A stretch of 64,000 nt of DNA, from NCBI GenBank assembly GCA_020137815.1, contig CM035351.1, forward strand, positions 3,782,001-3,846,000. Direction: 5' to 3'. The first letter of the stretch is position 1, and the number at the start of each line of letters is the position of its first letter. The stretch comes from Hormiphora californensis (taxonomy: Eukaryota > Animalia > Ctenophora). Positions 27,374 through 42,544 of this stretch are shown piece by piece. Both the position numbers and the translations under genes were made by a program. The notes beneath the pieces were generated by a model that saw nothing but the letters and a program-made list of their open reading frames with translations, was not told the origin of the DNA and did not search any database.

Positions 27374-28179
27374 ATGATTCAGGGAGAGGACCATAACGAT
27401 GAAGGGTAAGAACTTGCTAACAGCAGCCCTTTCTTTTGCTGTGTCTACACCCTGTGTGAAGCATTTGTTGGGCCCTTTTTGTGAGACATGACCAGCATCT
27501 CGGATGACTCGATATGTTTCGAGTTTTCTGTAGTCGCTGCATTCTTACTGACAACATCAAACCTTTTTTATCTGCAGCTGTCCTAGCTAAACATTGTGTG
27601 TTACGTGTGAAGCATAGTTTGGGTTTTGGATACCACCTGGTTTTATCTCATGTTTTGGTACCTGAAAACCCAACTAACCAACGGTTACCATGGTAACCAA
27701 GTGATGGTTACTATGGTTACCAATTAATGGTTATCGAGGTAACCACGTGTTAGTTATATGAGACGAGTTTATGTTGTGTGCGTGTTTCAGTAGATACAAT
27801 CTAAAATTGTATGTTTCAAAAGACCCTAATCCCTATGAGGCATTCATTCATAAGGTCATATAATGATTAGAATATTATTCATTTTATGCAAAATGCTTCC
27901 TTGTTTTATATTTGTAACAGCTCCACCTGGAATTACACATGTATTATTATAGTCAGGTGTCCACAGTGTTCCTTACCAGCCCTACTCCACTAAGCACCCC
28001 AAAGTATGATAAAGCTGGATATCCATTTCTAAATATGTTGCTGACACTCCCCCATTCCTCCAATCAGTGAGCGGGACGCTAGTGCGGAGGGTTCGGAGGC
28101 CGAGGAATCTCCGGAGCCTTATATTCGAAAGTACGATGAGATTCCGTGTTGTGGAGTATTTGGGGACCACAATGAACAG
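27374..28179 (+). CDS. Candidate alternative N-terminal exon pair 2 of Nav2 (MIQGEDHNDEG|ERDASAEGSEAEESPEPYIRKYDEIPCCGVFGDHNEQ)
   Basis: Exon 27374-27405 (phase-2 donor GTAAGA, in-frame TAA upstream of the ATG) joins exon 28068-28179 (phase-2 CAG acceptor, phase-0 donor GTATGT). Confidence 0.65.
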
Positions 28180-28275
28180 GTATGTGCATGATAGCAATTT
28201 GTAGGGGGTTCGAACAAGATTTTAATTAAATTTTTTGATGCTGTGTGGATAAAAGTTAGGTGAAACTGAAAGTAA

Positions 28276-28615
28276 AGGTTGCTAGGGAAACAAACAGGTA
28301 GCTAGGGGATCAGGCAGGTTGCTAGGGAACCAGTAACCAGGCAGGTCACTAGGGAAGTAGGAAGGTTGCTAAGGGACAAGGTAGGTTGCTAGGAAAATAA
28401 GCAGGTTGCTAGGGGAACAGGCAGGTCACTAGGGAAATAGGAAGTTTGCTAGGGAAACAAACAGGTTGCTAGGGAACCAGTTACCAGGAAGGTTGCTAGG
28501 GGAACAGGCAGGTTTCCAGGGAACCAGGCAGGTTGCTAAGGGAACAGGCAGGTTGCTAGGGAACCAGTTACCAGGAAGGTTGCTAGGGGAACAGGCAGGT
28601 TGCTAGGGAACCAGC
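28276..28615. repeat. About 20 bp minisatellite (CAGGTTGCTAGGGAAC...)
   Basis: Degenerate tandem copies starting about 100 nt downstream of the donor at 28180. Confidence 0.85.
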
Positions 28616-28986
28616 CAGATTTCTCTCTCCGTTGGTATTGGTTTGGTCAAGCTGAGTCTTCTTAACCAGATTTAATATAGTTTTTGTTTTCTTTCCAGAA
28701 CTCTGCATCAAGATCTGATGTGATCTGGAAGTTGATGCGGTGTGATCTGTTGTTCCTGTCGGTTTTTATACTCTAACCCTAGTATGCGATGAGAGAGGGC
28801 TTCGAGCAAGGCAACCTGTTATAGTATAGCTCAGTTGTTACCTCATAACTACTGCACAACTCATGTATCACAGCCCAGCACGTCCTTAACTGGTACGAAA
28901 TAGGTCCTTACAGGGCTTTAGCGCAGTAGTAGTCCAAGAGCCGCCGAGGTAGACTATTTTACACTTTCAAGGAATGCCACTTTTCT

Positions 28987-29117
<131 letters not shown>

Positions 29118-29563
29118 AGAGTGAAGGCGAGGGAAAGTCCGACAATAGGTCCTCAGTGAAGACAGGTCAGCGAGGGAGAGAGAGATAGAGAGATACCCGA
29201 GGGATACGTACGGTCCGTGAACGTAGTGAAAATAATGACAACACATGTTTCTTCTTTTCCCCGGCCTATCAATAGCTTTCTGTCACATTTTTCACTCACT
29301 TTAGTCACTTTAGGTTGTTCGAAGCTGCAGAAGATCAAATCATCTGCTGCAACAGGGTCATCGCCTCGTGCGAACACCCTTCACCAGCATTACATCATTC
29401 TCCCTATAACCTAAAAAATTATCTTGAATAGTATAGACAATCCAAACATAAATAGTATAGACAATTCAACCCTGTACCATCATCATGTGGTAAGGGTACA
29501 TTGGTACATCCCACCACCAGAAGGTGTGTATGTATGACGACTCCCTCTGTGGTATCACTCGCA

Positions 29564-29627
<64 letters not shown>

Positions 29628-30510
29628 TCTCTCTCCCTCCACCTCATTGCTCCTAACATGGCCTTTATTTACCTTCGTTTACAGTTCTGTTTCCACACCA
29701 CTTTATCCAGTGAACCCTCGTTTAGTCCCCCACCCCCTCATCGTTGATTCCCACCCCTTACCCAACAAATGAACCCTGCTCTTGGAAATGTGACGCTAAT
29801 GATATATTTCCAGTCTGGGGTCCTGCACGTGGTTTCATGACATAGACTCGTCATTACAAGATAGACTCTTCATTCCAAGCTAGACTCACCTAGCCTCATC
29901 ATAGACTCATCTTTGCAAGGGGGCATTGGTGTCTGCTTCATGCACATTGCACGTGCCCAGAAACCACCTGTAAAATGAGTGTGATACTGTGGGCCGGGGG
30001 GGGGGGGGGCTGAGATAGAAACCACCTGCAAATATAACAGCAGCCGGGCCTAAAGTAGAGAGAGAAATGAGTGAGAAAAAGATAGAAATTAGTGTGATTG
30101 TGAGAGAGAGAGTGAGAGGGAGAAATTGGGATCCGAGACAGCTACAGCTGAGACAGAGATCAGTAGCTTGAGAATCCATTAGGGGATTTGCCTAGTGATT
30201 GAGTTCCATACATGTTTCGTGCCGACAAAGCTTTTCCTGGGAACTTCAAACATTAAAATATATTGATTGAGTACCTTGTATTGCACATCCTGATTTAGGA
30301 ATCGCCTGTGGAATCACCCCTGGAATCACCTCTGGTATAAACTTTGCAACTAGCTTAAATTGGATAGACAGCTCCAGAAGCATGGCAAGTTCAAAAGTAG
30401 AGTTCACTTGGTAGTTGACTCACAGCTGTCAAACACATAACACAATCCCGCTTTGAGCTGCGGTGATGACCTAGTTGCAGCTGCACGCACTGTCCATACA
30501 GACCTTTCAT

Positions 30511-30593
<83 letters not shown>

Positions 30594-31380
30594 ATCTGGT
30601 ACTGCTTGTATAAGCTTCCATCTGTCAATCATACCACGTCACATGAAGTACCCTGGTAATCACTCTGCACAGATCTCCTGCTGCAGCACACTCAGGAACT
30701 GTTGCAACCGTCTACAGAATGTTCCAGTGTGAGCATGCGCATAATGTCTCAATCCTGATGGATACGATCGCCATCATACTCTCTCCCTCTCACTTTACCT
30801 ATCACTGTCTGTCACTCTCTCTCTCTCTCTCCATCATTCCATAATCGGTTTACGATCACAGATCCTTGGGACATAACCATAACTGTTACCAGGGTCCAAT
30901 TTCACTTGTGCATCGACAGCTACCCAGCCTCGTTCACTCACTTTTGCAACATTGTCGGTTCCTGTCTCTCTTTTCCTCACTCTACCCTCCATGTTCAGTT
31001 ATAATAGCTGTCTACCTCTTTTTGTCAGTCTCCTTCCAAGGTTGGCCAAGTTCACTCACCCTAACATACTAGGCTGTTCAGTATTGATTGTCGTTTGGCT
31101 ACGAGCCTCTGTTACAGTAGCAGGCTTGTTTTGATGCTATGTTTTGTTTTGCAAACATTCACAAACTGTTCTTTAGCACATAGTTTTCTTCTAAACATAT
31201 TTCCCACTGATCCGCCCTCAATACGTGAATTATATTGTGTCGGGCGATACTTTGAACTAAATGATGACATCCACTGGGTGTGACAAGATAAGTTTTCAGT
31301 GACAAGGCGTCACAATATCCCATTTCAATATGCTGTAGATTTTCAAAGTCTTTGGTAGAGAGCTTTATATGTTCTTCTTC

Positions 31381-31596
31381 CCCTAGTAAACGCGCATACG
31401 CCGTTAGTTGCATGAACGAGATCGTTTTACTCCGTTAACGAAGTCAAACGATCTCGTTTATGCAACTAACGGCCGCGCGTGCAGAATACGACATCGTTAA
31501 CGACGTCGTTCTTGCAAGGTCGTATTTTGTGTGCGCTGTTAACGGAGTAAAACGACGTCGTTCATGCAACTAACGGCGTATGCGCGTTTACTAGGG
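31381..31596. mobile_element. Hairpin MITE, possibly CMC/EnSpm-like
   Basis: About 58 bp TIRs CCCTAGTAAACGCGCATACGCCGTTAGTTGCATGAACG...; CCC...GGG termini flanked by the 2 bp duplication TC. Confidence 0.8.
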
Positions 31597-31712
31597 TCAT
31601 TGATAGCTGATGTTTTTGAATCCTTGTGAATGTGAACAGCTCCAGAGATTGTATACGCCTGGTGTTCATCAACACGGGAAGCTGTCTTAGTAAAAACATT
31701 AGCTACCACTAT

Positions 31713-31794
<82 letters not shown>

Positions 31795-32090
31795 ACTTTC
31801 TCTCTCTGTCTAGTCGGTAATATACGAGCCGCTCGTCATATTATTTTGATGCCCGCGCCGGCCCTTTTTCATTAGGCTATACGTCACATGTTCCTAATAT
31901 TTTTAACTGCCAGACCTCGGACCCTAATATTAATTTCTGAGAGTCTCATTTTATCTTCGTTCCCTTTTTCTGCAACCCAGCTTATCTCTCAATTTTCGCA
32001 GTCTTACCGACTTTTGACTTGCCGCACCGTACCCTCATTTTCTTACTGTCTATATTACAGTTCTTTTGTTGTCCTACTAATTTCCAACAG

Positions 32091-32287
32091 AGGGCCATAT
32101 ATCAGCGGGGCTGCAAAAGTACCAACATGTACTAACTACAGATCCTAATTGTTCATCTCGTAGCTCAGCCCTGAAGAACTTGCAACACCACGCACAATGT
32201 CGGATAAACACCGCACCAGAAATCCCTTTCAACCTTTCGAAAAGACATCGGGGAGGCCGCCGAGGAGCCGTGGACGACGGAGAGAAG
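32091..32287 (+). CDS. Candidate alternative N-terminal exon 3 of Nav2 (...SKRHRGGRRGAVDDGEK); its start exon was not identified
   Basis: CTAA...TTTCCAACAG acceptor at 32090 (alternative at 32141), open frame to a phase-0 donor GTGAGT at 32288. No in-frame ATG, so a phase-1 upstream exon is required. Confidence 0.5.
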
Positions 32288-33724
32288 GTGAGTGTTGCCA
32301 TAGTGACACATCATGGTTGTCATGTCACCGAATCCAGTGAGACAGTTTCTTTTGTTTTTATAAAATACACCGCCCTTTACGACAAAAGTACCACTGTGTG
32401 CAGTAGTCTAAAGCGATTGTGTTGTTGCAAAGGGTGGGTAAAGAAGTAGGTACATGCCTCCTCGGTAAAACTAAACTGAAATGGATCGAAGTTGCGAAAT
32501 AACAGTAACACAGAGGTCGAGGTGTCAGACAGGTCTAATGGAATCATGATACTCATACATGATAAAGCCAAGGTTTGTTCAAGGTGGTCAAGGGATGTCC
32601 TTCGGAAATGACCAGGTAGTGAGGTATATTCGACTGGTGGTGCAGCGATAAATTTGCGGTCACGCGAGACAATAAGTAAATTTTAAATGATGCGTCATAG
32701 CTATTGACTATCTGTTGGCAGGAACATAATAAATAATTTCTGGTTCATCATCGTATAATAGCGCTTCAAAAAATAAAAAGAAGAGAGAGAGAAAGAAAGA
32801 GATCGAGAGCGAGAAAAGGCCGATAATTTTCTGGCCGGGCGTAAACATCCAAGAGTTTTCAGAGTTCAAAATGACCACGACGCAGTACATCTAAAGCAAC
32901 GCTTTTTTGTCTCAACAGATTAAATCGAAACTCTTTACACTATTACAGTTTATCCTCTTCAACTACTCTCCCTTTATCTCTATGCATCATCCTCTAGTCA
33001 TCTCTCCATCTGTATCTCTCTCTCCCTCTCTATTTTAATCTTCCACTCCCATCCCACCTTTCAGCCAACTTCTATGCCCACACCACTTGTTTCATTGAGC
33101 ACCTGCTACTGCTGCAGGAACGCTATTATCTAATTACCCTTTCTCTGGAGAACTCCTTCCATCGTACTACTATGCAGTTGTACTGTGCTTAATAGTATAT
33201 TAATGCTCCTTTTTGTTGATCTGCCGAACCCTCGCAGAGTGAGCTATACAACCTTTTAGTTCCAAAGTCCACTAGTGGCCGTGGTCCTATTCGGCCATCT
33301 CCAGCTCATGTTATATTGTCGTGGAATTCTCTCCGATTCCATCCAGTTACAGCTCTCCTTGACAAGACTTTTGTGTGTGTGTGGGTAATGTTAAAGTTTA
33401 CATATTACTCCCTCTCCTTCTCCTACAGTAGTAGCTGCTGCCGTGTAGTTGTGCTTGATGGTTCATTCGAATCATACATGCATACCCGTACTGTGCAGTC
33501 CTCATTCTAAAGCATCCTTTTGTTTTTAATTAAATTATTTGCCCTGATTTAAAGATCCTTGTGCCCTAATTAGCCGAGCAGTGGAGCGCCAGTAAATAAA
33601 CCCGTCCAGTAAGATGCATCATGCACCTGTATAACATCTTCAAGAACAAAGGCCACTGTGCCCTTTTTCTTGCTTCATTATTTATACACATAACGAGGGC
33701 GAGAGAGAGGGAGTGAGAGAGAGA

Positions 33725-33769
<45 letters not shown>

Positions 33770-35608
33770 GATTCTGGTTAAGAGGGGACGCGTACGCACA
33801 GCTGTAGATTATAATCATTTCCGTTGTCTGTTATTCACTTTAGTACTCTCTCTTTCTCTCTCCCTGTCTCACTTCCATACCCATACATCCTATCGTTATC
33901 CTTCTTTCTTGTCCCTTTTTCTCCTGCCACCCTTATTAAGCGGAACCACTCCTCAAGCTACCTTTATTGTACTCATTATATATGTTAGAACACACAAATC
34001 GTTACAGACTTTTAGACTGACTTAGTGAGCTCACGTAAGAAGCTGTACAGAACTTCCTTGATAGATCCTTTTTGGAGCAACCCCTGTTTTAAAATACTTT
34101 TTATATCGCTTTATTCAGAGTCAAAACTAGTGTTATTAAAAACTGCAATATTAGTAGTAGTACCCTGTTATTAAATCTCAGGTTGTTTATGGTATATTGG
34201 TACATTGGTACATTGCATGACATCAATTACATCAACTTTCGAACAAATATCCACGCCTTTGCCAATTTTCCTTTTTGTTTTCACTTATATCGGGTATAAT
34301 TGCTTACTGATATATTGAAATCCGCAGGCCTTGAACGGTCTCCATTCTCAAACACCCAGCTCTCAATCAACCGAACTATCTTTATCTCTTTCCATCCATC
34401 TCTCTCTCTGTCCCTCTCCCTATCTGTGCTCTATATCATCTTGTCGTCGAAACGGTTTGCTTGTGAATTCATTGAACGCAGTACAGTATACACGATTCTC
34501 GAGGCTCTCTTCCGCAGAATTGCATTATATATTCAGAATATACTGATCTGGCTGAAACTATAATACGAAAAATAAAATCACCGTCTTTTTCCTTTGTCCC
34601 TCTTGACCCAGCCGGAAGGAGATATCATCTATACAGGTTATTATCATGTGGCTCATAAACAATCATCTGATACTTATCCTGTATAATACGAGACGTTGGA
34701 GAGGAATCAGGAGACGAGAAACAACTATTTCACAAAGGCACAAAGACATTTCGAGGATCCTTGAAACTGTACAATCCATCAGACATTGGTGCGTGACGCA
34801 CACTGCATCTTTCACTGTATCGTTTATAAAGATCTCTCCCTCACCCACTTCTTACTCACTCTATCCGGGATAGAGTGAGTAGAATCCCCTCCTTCTCTCT
34901 GGACAATGTCACCGCTCAAAGTATATATGTTTTGACCCATGATCTTTCTATACTTCCTTCATCCTGACATCTATTTCCCCTTCTGATGTGAGTTTATAGA
35001 ACGTTTAGTGCGGTGCTTCGTTGTACTAAATGAAACCTCCCAACTTTCACGAGTCTCCTTCTTCTTGGCCTACTTCTTCTTCTTCTTGGCCTGCTGTATA
35101 TTGTTATACTCCTTAGTCTTATTGGCTATCTTAAGGCCTTAGTTTTCCGCCCTAGGCCTTACATATATATTCCCAGTTGACGATCTGTCATCGCGTACTT
35201 CCGCTGAAGTTCCTTGTAAAGAGGAGGAGAGCTTGTTTGCAGTTTTGTTCTACATTCCAAGGCCATGTCTCGCTTGACTGCCCTCTTTAATTCAACTCAA
35301 ATTATCTTACTATCCCCCGTCGTCTTCCATACGAAACTCTTGCACTTGCCTGCAATCAAGACCGCATTGCAACACATCGTAGCCCGCCTGACTATAAAGC
35401 TGCAGAAAAGGAGTGACAGGGAAAGCTCCCAGAACAGACGGGGAAAAAGAGAAAAACGGATTATAATTAAGAGAAATGAGGAGAAAGCTTATAAAGATTG
35501 GGATTTATGTCTAGAGGAATGCGTTTTGCAAAACGTGACTCGAGTACCTACCTACTTAGTAAACCTGTTAAAGGACACATTGACATTTCCCACAATTTAC
35601 CCCTCTCT

Positions 35609-35682
<74 letters not shown>

Positions 35683-38600
35683 TCCCCAGTTATCACACGC
35701 CGACACTGTGCTGCCTTGTGTGTGTGACAGTGATTACTATCCGAGAGGGAGCTCAGATCTGATTGCGGATCTTATCGAGCAAATGTGGGAGAGAAAGTGA
35801 GTGAGAAAGATAGATAGAGAGTGATAAAGAGAGAGAAACTCATGCAGGCATAGAAGCAGACTGTGGGAGACAACAGGTATTATTATCATCTTCCCTCGAT
35901 CTTCCTCTGCATATATCTTAGTCGGTACAATAATAATACAGTCTTATAGTTATAGTAGCTTCATTCTTCCGCATCTTAGTCAATCTAATGTGGTTCATTG
36001 TCTTCCCAGACGTCTCACACATTTTCCATTTGAGCCGTCAAACTGTTATTATTCTGTACCTGAGCATTCTGACATAGTGACATCAGAGATTATAGTAGGA
36101 GAGATATACAGAGTGAGAGAGAGAGATACAGAGTGAGAGAGGGGACACATAGTGCATCACATGTGTAAGATTGTAAGCATACAGTAATCACGGTGCTTTT
36201 GCCACGAGCAGTCACGTGACAGGATGACATGTGACCTGGATCCATCGGACCGTTACTGATCGCGGTATTGGGTGGTCCGTGACACTAAGTATGCACATGT
36301 ACACTAACCTTCATAGATCTCACTCTCTATCTCTCACTCTCTCTCTCCCTTCTGTCTCTCTCCGCCCTCTGTCTATCTCTCCATGCCTCTCCCTTTACAA
36401 GCTCATCCCCCTCTGTTATCCCCGATTACTATCTCACGATCACTCCTCAAGACCTTTATCTGTCTCTACCTCCATCTATCTCTCCTGTATCTGTCTCTAC
36501 CTCCATCTGACTCCCTGTTGCTCGCATATATATGCCCTGTCTTCTGTAGGTGGAGGGCGATCAACGTATTGTTACAGCTAAGCTACATCTTGTAGTAGAG
36601 AGATATTAACCGTAGCCTGGTATCTTCTTAAACCTAGTATAACAGGGGAAATATCTCTACCATAGGTTATAGTATGAGCATATAATATCTCATTCTAGGA
36701 GATATATATCCATTATATTTGCATGCGGGTGGATGACCAACCTCATCATATTACATTGGTCGCAATACTGAATACACGGTGTTACAACGTGTGTAGCCAC
36801 CCTCGACTCTCATTATAGATGAGCATTTTGTTGTTAATTCCTAGCTCACACCACCATCATGTGTGTCGCTATCATATTTGATCTTTCGGTAACAACTCTG
36901 CACTCGGTGTAGCTCTTTTTTATATCTTGAACATTCACCCTCTCTCTCTTTTAATATGGCACACCCTCTATCTCACCAAGATATTGCCCCAGCTGAAACA
37001 ATGTCTTATTGAGGGGGGACCATTGAACTAGTACGAAGCTTGATGAGGAGATCTTCAATTTGGCTGTGCACCATGCCGGGTACTTGTTGATTAATGCTAC
37101 AAGTAGTATTCCCCTCCTCCCTCTACCACTTGCCATGCCCTCGAGATCGTTGGAGTACACACGCGACCAAATGACTACTCTCCTTCCTTACCTCTATCTC
37201 TCTCTCTGATCCCTGTCCCTATCTCCCTCCCCTGTAGATTGTATTGCCGAACACTCGAGAGAGGGAGAGAGAGAGAGAGAGAGAGAGGAGAGGAGAGATA
37301 GAAGAAGATAGAGAGAAGAGAGTTTGAAACACTGGTCCCTTTATTTTCCCAAATTTTTTATTTCTCTACCCTTCTCCTCACCCTTGACGACCAGTGCTGC
37401 ACCCTCTCAATGCTCCATCCAGTTTGTCTTCAAGCTTCTCTCTCTCTCTGTCCATGACCCATAACTACATGAGATGAATAGTATCATCTCTATCTATCTC
37501 ACTATCTCCCTCTCTTTTTCTATCGCTATCTCGTTTCTATCTGAACTTATCACTCCCATATATTATTGTGTTGAGTGTTGACGAAACAAGATATGACGTA
37601 ATCTAGCTTTGTGTTGAACACACCCAATAATACAGGTGTTATATAGGGCCTCCGTCACTTTCTCTTTCTCTCTATCTCCCTCTCCCCTCCCTTTCTCTCT
37701 CCCTCTCTCTCTCCCAGCTCCCTCTCTCTCTCTCCCCCGATCCTTCCGGCTTCATCCGCTGTCTTTCAGTCGCCCTCCCATCTCCTCCCGTCTCCCCTTC
37801 TTCTTCTCGCTCCTCTCTCTATCTCCTCACCCCTCTCCTCGCTCTCCTCTCTCTCTCTCTCTCCTCCTCTCTCTCTTTTCTTTCCCCCTCGTCTCTCCTC
37901 TCTCTCTTTTTCTTTCCCTCTCTTTCTCTCTCTCTCTCTCTCTCTCCCTCTCCTTCTCTCTCTCCCTTGATCTTTTCTATCTGTCTCCCCCACCTCCCGT
38001 CCAGTCACATAATGCTGACGAACAAACAGACATACGTTAGGGTACAATTAAATGACAGGTCTAGATAGACGGCCGAGAAAAACAGCACTCTCTAATGCTA
38101 CACAATGGCTGACGAGCAATTATAGTTAGGAATCTCTCTCTTTCCCTCTCTCTTTCTCTTTCTCTCTCTCTTTCTCTCTCTCCCTCCCTCTCTCAGCCCC
38201 TCTCTACCTCAGATAATTATCTTCATCAATTTATGACATTATGTATGGTCCCCTTGTGTTTGCCTGAACCTATATCAACCGTCCTAAAATGAATGCTTTC
38301 GTTATATTATCCACGCTAATACCCTGTCTCCCTTTATTCATTATACTGTCTGGCAAAACAGCAGTATAAACATCCCTTTAAACAATGCAGCGTAGTCTGA
38401 CTGATGATGTATTTCGTATATATTTGGTAGCCTCTATCTATCATTATATCGTCATTCTACATGCTTCAGCCTTGCGTAGTGACTGTTTTACCCGAGCAGT
38501 AGCTGTTAACTACTCGAATAAAGTAAATTCTAATGCATTTGTGCTTGGAGCCAAAATAATGTTGGAGTAGCTCAATAAATTGCTTTCTCCCTCCCTCTCC

Positions 38601-38808
38601 TCTCTCTCACTCCTCTTTCTTCCCTCTCTCCCCTCTCTCCGTCTGTCTTTATCGCACCTGATTGCAAAGAACAGCTCAGCGAATGCCCGGCACACACACA
38701 TAGCTCCCCTTTAGCGCTGTTATTATAGAAGACCCCAGTACCATATTTATTGTACACACTCGGAGAACCAAGAAATTAAAATCTCTGACGATGAAGACGA
38801 GAAGATAA

Positions 38809-38913
38809 ATGCCGAAGATCGGAAACGTTGCCGGGCTGACCCGGGCCCGGAAGCGCATCAAGTTCAGCAAGATCGCCGCCAAAACATCCCGAACTCTAGA
38901 TGATAATGACGAG
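38809..38913 (+). CDS. Candidate alternative N-terminal exon 4 of Nav2 (MPKIGNVAGLTRARKRIKFSKIAAKTSRTLDDNDE)
   Basis: TAA directly before the ATG, 35 codons, phase-0 donor GTAAGA at 38914; GC-rich compared with flanks. Confidence 0.65.
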
Positions 38914-39977
38914 GTAAGAGAGAGAGACAGAGTTGTGGGCCTCAAACTTTCTGAATTTTATAAAAACATTGTTCGCCATAAAAAAAATGAGTTGTTCGTT
39001 AAAAATTTAATTCAAAACTTGCGCAAACGTCACTGCACGGCTAACAGGTTAAATAGGTACAAAAAGGTACATAAGAAAGGTTCAAAAGGTAAAGGGATTC
39101 ATCATCACGCTCCTATAACTTTCCCAAGTTACGGATATAATTAGGATACCTGAGGTCACAGTCATTGGAGGGGCGGTGATTCATCAACCTAGGAATATTA
39201 TATTACTGCATCCCTCATTGAATGTAGTACCATTAACAATGGTGTTCAATCACAGAGAGAGCCCATATTCCTTCGTGTTACTATAGTCGTTACAGTGTTG
39301 AAAAAAATGACGTAAAATAAACTTGCCGTCTGTGTCATTGCAGATCCCCACTACACCAGGAAATTCCTTTGGCTGGTTTTTTTCAGTTAGATGACCTTTG
39401 TAAGTACACGGTGGTCGAACTATTTTTTTCTCTGCCCGGGTGGATGTTATTGAGCCAGGGAAAAATTAGTTTCTTTTTCCGTCAAAACTCACTTACTAAA
39501 TACCTTTGGTTCTCTTAAAATGTACTGTAATGAGTTTTTGTTGCTCCCAGCTTAGATATATTGAAACCTGATCGGGCCTCTACATTATTAATACTAGTAA
39601 GCCCGCTCGCCCTACGGGCGAATGTCGGGGATGGTCAATGGTCATACAGTAAACTAAGCAAATAGTGTAGTATCATTTGAAATTTTTAAAATCAGTAAAT
39701 TTATCAGGTAAATTAACCACAGCGATTCTTTCGACAGAAAAACCACGGGTCCTCTTTTGCCAGGTCCTGAAGTATTTTATGAAGGAGCACAATTTGCAAA
39801 TACTTCACGTATTTTCTGCATTCTTATTTTGCTGATACTTTGTTAACGTATGTTGACAACATTTTTTGATAATAACACCTCTTTTGTAGATTCTATCACG
39901 TATCTATGGGTCAGCGCCAGTTTTGGGGCTATGGCTCCTCAACTCGCTGGCATGTGTTGAAGTTAGTCTTTCCAAAT

Positions 39978-40077
39978 NNNNNNNNNNNNNNNNNNNNNNN
40001 NNNNNNNNNNNNNNNNNNNNNNNNNNNNNNNNNNNNNNNNNNNNNNNNNNNNNNNNNNNNNNNNNNNNNNNNNNNNN
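39978..40077. other. Assembly gap (100 N)
   Basis: Run of N; the downstream ~1.5 kb looks homopolymer-inflated and low in quality. Confidence 0.98.
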
Positions 40078-41118
40078 TTTTTAAACCGGGGGCTTGGAAC
40101 TATGCTGCTTATTACCTTTCGTTTTAAGGAACAGCTTACTTGGATGATTTTTGCTTGGATTTATGCCTTATAAAAAGGCCCACTTTGGAAAAATTTACTC
40201 TGCAGCTCTTATATAGCTCTTTAATTTCTAAGGAAGCAAATTTTAAACTTTTTCATCCTTTCATTTATACCTTTTCCCCTCTAAATTTTACCGCCCCACC
40301 CCCCCTATCTAAATAAACCATCCACTTTAAACCCCTACACTCATAAGTCTTTCCCCTCCCTTATTTTTCCCCCAAAACTACTCCCATTTATATACGTCAA
40401 TTGGGGTTTTCAAAGGCCCCCTCCCAGAACATTTAATATGCCCAATTTGCTTAATATCACCGCTTCTTCAGAGCTTAAATTTTTGTACGCAAAACCCCTT
40501 TCCCCCCCATAATAAAAGGGGAATATAAGATGTACATATATTACAAAACCATGATGAATACGTGTGTTCTCAAGGATCGATTAATGTCCTCTCTCACTCT
40601 ATTCATCTAGCATCACACTCTCTCTCCATCAGGCATCCCGACCCCCCAAGTGCACAAGTGCTATCATATGGACGTATAGACATGTAGTATGCCATTGTTG
40701 TTGTTGTCGTCTGAGAAAACTAATTAACCACTGTTCCCCTGTTGACAGGTCGAGCTGGGTAGTTAATCAGTTTTACGTATATTGATGTCACGAATTAAAA
40801 AGGGAGAGAGAGAGAGAGAAGGAGACTGGAATGTGATAATACTCGGTAGTCGAGTGCCAAGTACTGGTTTTTTGTTGTTGGCGGATATAGTATCTTGTCA
40901 AAGTTTGTTGGACATCATGATCCTTTTTGTTGGATGGTATCTTTTCAAAGTTTGTTAGACATTATCCTGTTGGTACTCTGACCTACTTTTGGGTTGGCTT
41001 CCTATACTGTGCTCTAAATAGGCTATAATGTAGGTTGATTAGTTTTGTCCTCGAGCAACAAAATATATTCGCTGCATATGGTAACTTTTACAGTTCACAA
41101 AGAGTAAAAGAGAGAGAA

Positions 41119-41168
<50 letters not shown>

Positions 41169-42463
41169 CTCATAGGCTAAATGAAGGGGGTCAAAGGGAA
41201 AAAGCCCCTAGCAGGTAATTATTATATCGGCTTTTCCTTCAAATCTTTCACCCCTGAAAGCATATGGGCAGGGAGGAGCTTCCCCTCCTTCCCCCCCTTT
41301 TTCTTTTCCCCCCCCCTTTCTCCACTCTCTCCCCCCCTTCTATCTCTCCTTACCCCCCTCTCCATTCATTCTCTACCCTGTCTATTATTACCCGGGCCAA
41401 AATCCTTTTGAAAAAGTACTGGTTCCGTCATGATCAGCCTTTTAGAATAAGCTGTATTTTTCCTTCCTCTCTCTCCCCTCTCCTCTCTCCCTCTTTTCCT
41501 TTCTCTCTCCTTTTTTTTTTTTATGATTTGTTGGGTTGAGTGTGTATTATACTCTAGTGTAATTAGTAGAATTAAATACGGAAATTATTGTCATCCTACA
41601 ATTTCTTTCTTTCATGTCCTTCTAATGTGATCTGAATGCATTTCTACTTTTGTACTGGGATCTTCCCCTCATTTCTGTCCTCTCAATAATAATTAATTTA
41701 TATCTCGTTGACTGTTCTAACTTTATTCCTTCCCTCGTTGAAGTAGTGAGACCGGCCTCCCAATTCTCTCCCCCTTCTGAGTTATCCTGTCGTCGCATTA
41801 AAAGTTTGATTTGTTGAGTGTCGTCAGTTCCATTTCAGTACCCCCAAAACATAATGTGGAGAGAGGCCGTAGATAGAGAATAGAGATAGACTGAGAGAAA
41901 GAGGGAGAAAGATAGACTGAGAGAGGAAGAGGAAGAGCTAAAGATAGAGTTATGAACAGTGATTGAGAAGAGCTTTAGGCTCGCGTCTTGTCATCGGCGA
42001 TAATTGCTCAGTTTCCCCGCACACCACACTACACAAGCTCTCTCTCATAATAAAAGAGGGCAACAATGTTTCAGCTCGACATGGTATTGCTCTCTCTAGC
42101 CTGGTTTTGTCGCACCCAGCACTACGTATAGTTGGCGGTTTTGTTACGTCATGACGCAGTTTTAGATTATCACTATCATTATCACTGCATGGTGGTATTA
42201 CCATCATGACATATCATGACGTGGTTTACTGGTGATGGAGAATAACTTGGAACAGTGATGGTGTCTTTGTATGTTAGGGAGCCGATTACAGAGGCGCTCT
42301 AAGTACTAAGACCCCTTTTTACGATCTTCCTGACTCCTGACTCGCACCGTGGTCCCCACTGTTACTAGAAGCTTGTATCTGTGTGGTTCAAACTGGTATG
42401 GTATTGGTAGTGGTGAATACACAGCTGACAGTTGTTCTGACGAACATATGACAAACTCACCCA

Positions 42464-42544
<81 letters not shown>

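Noticed and set aside
40078-41550. Unusual homopolymer-rich composition
   Set aside because: Adjacent to the N gap and probably low-quality consensus rather than biology.
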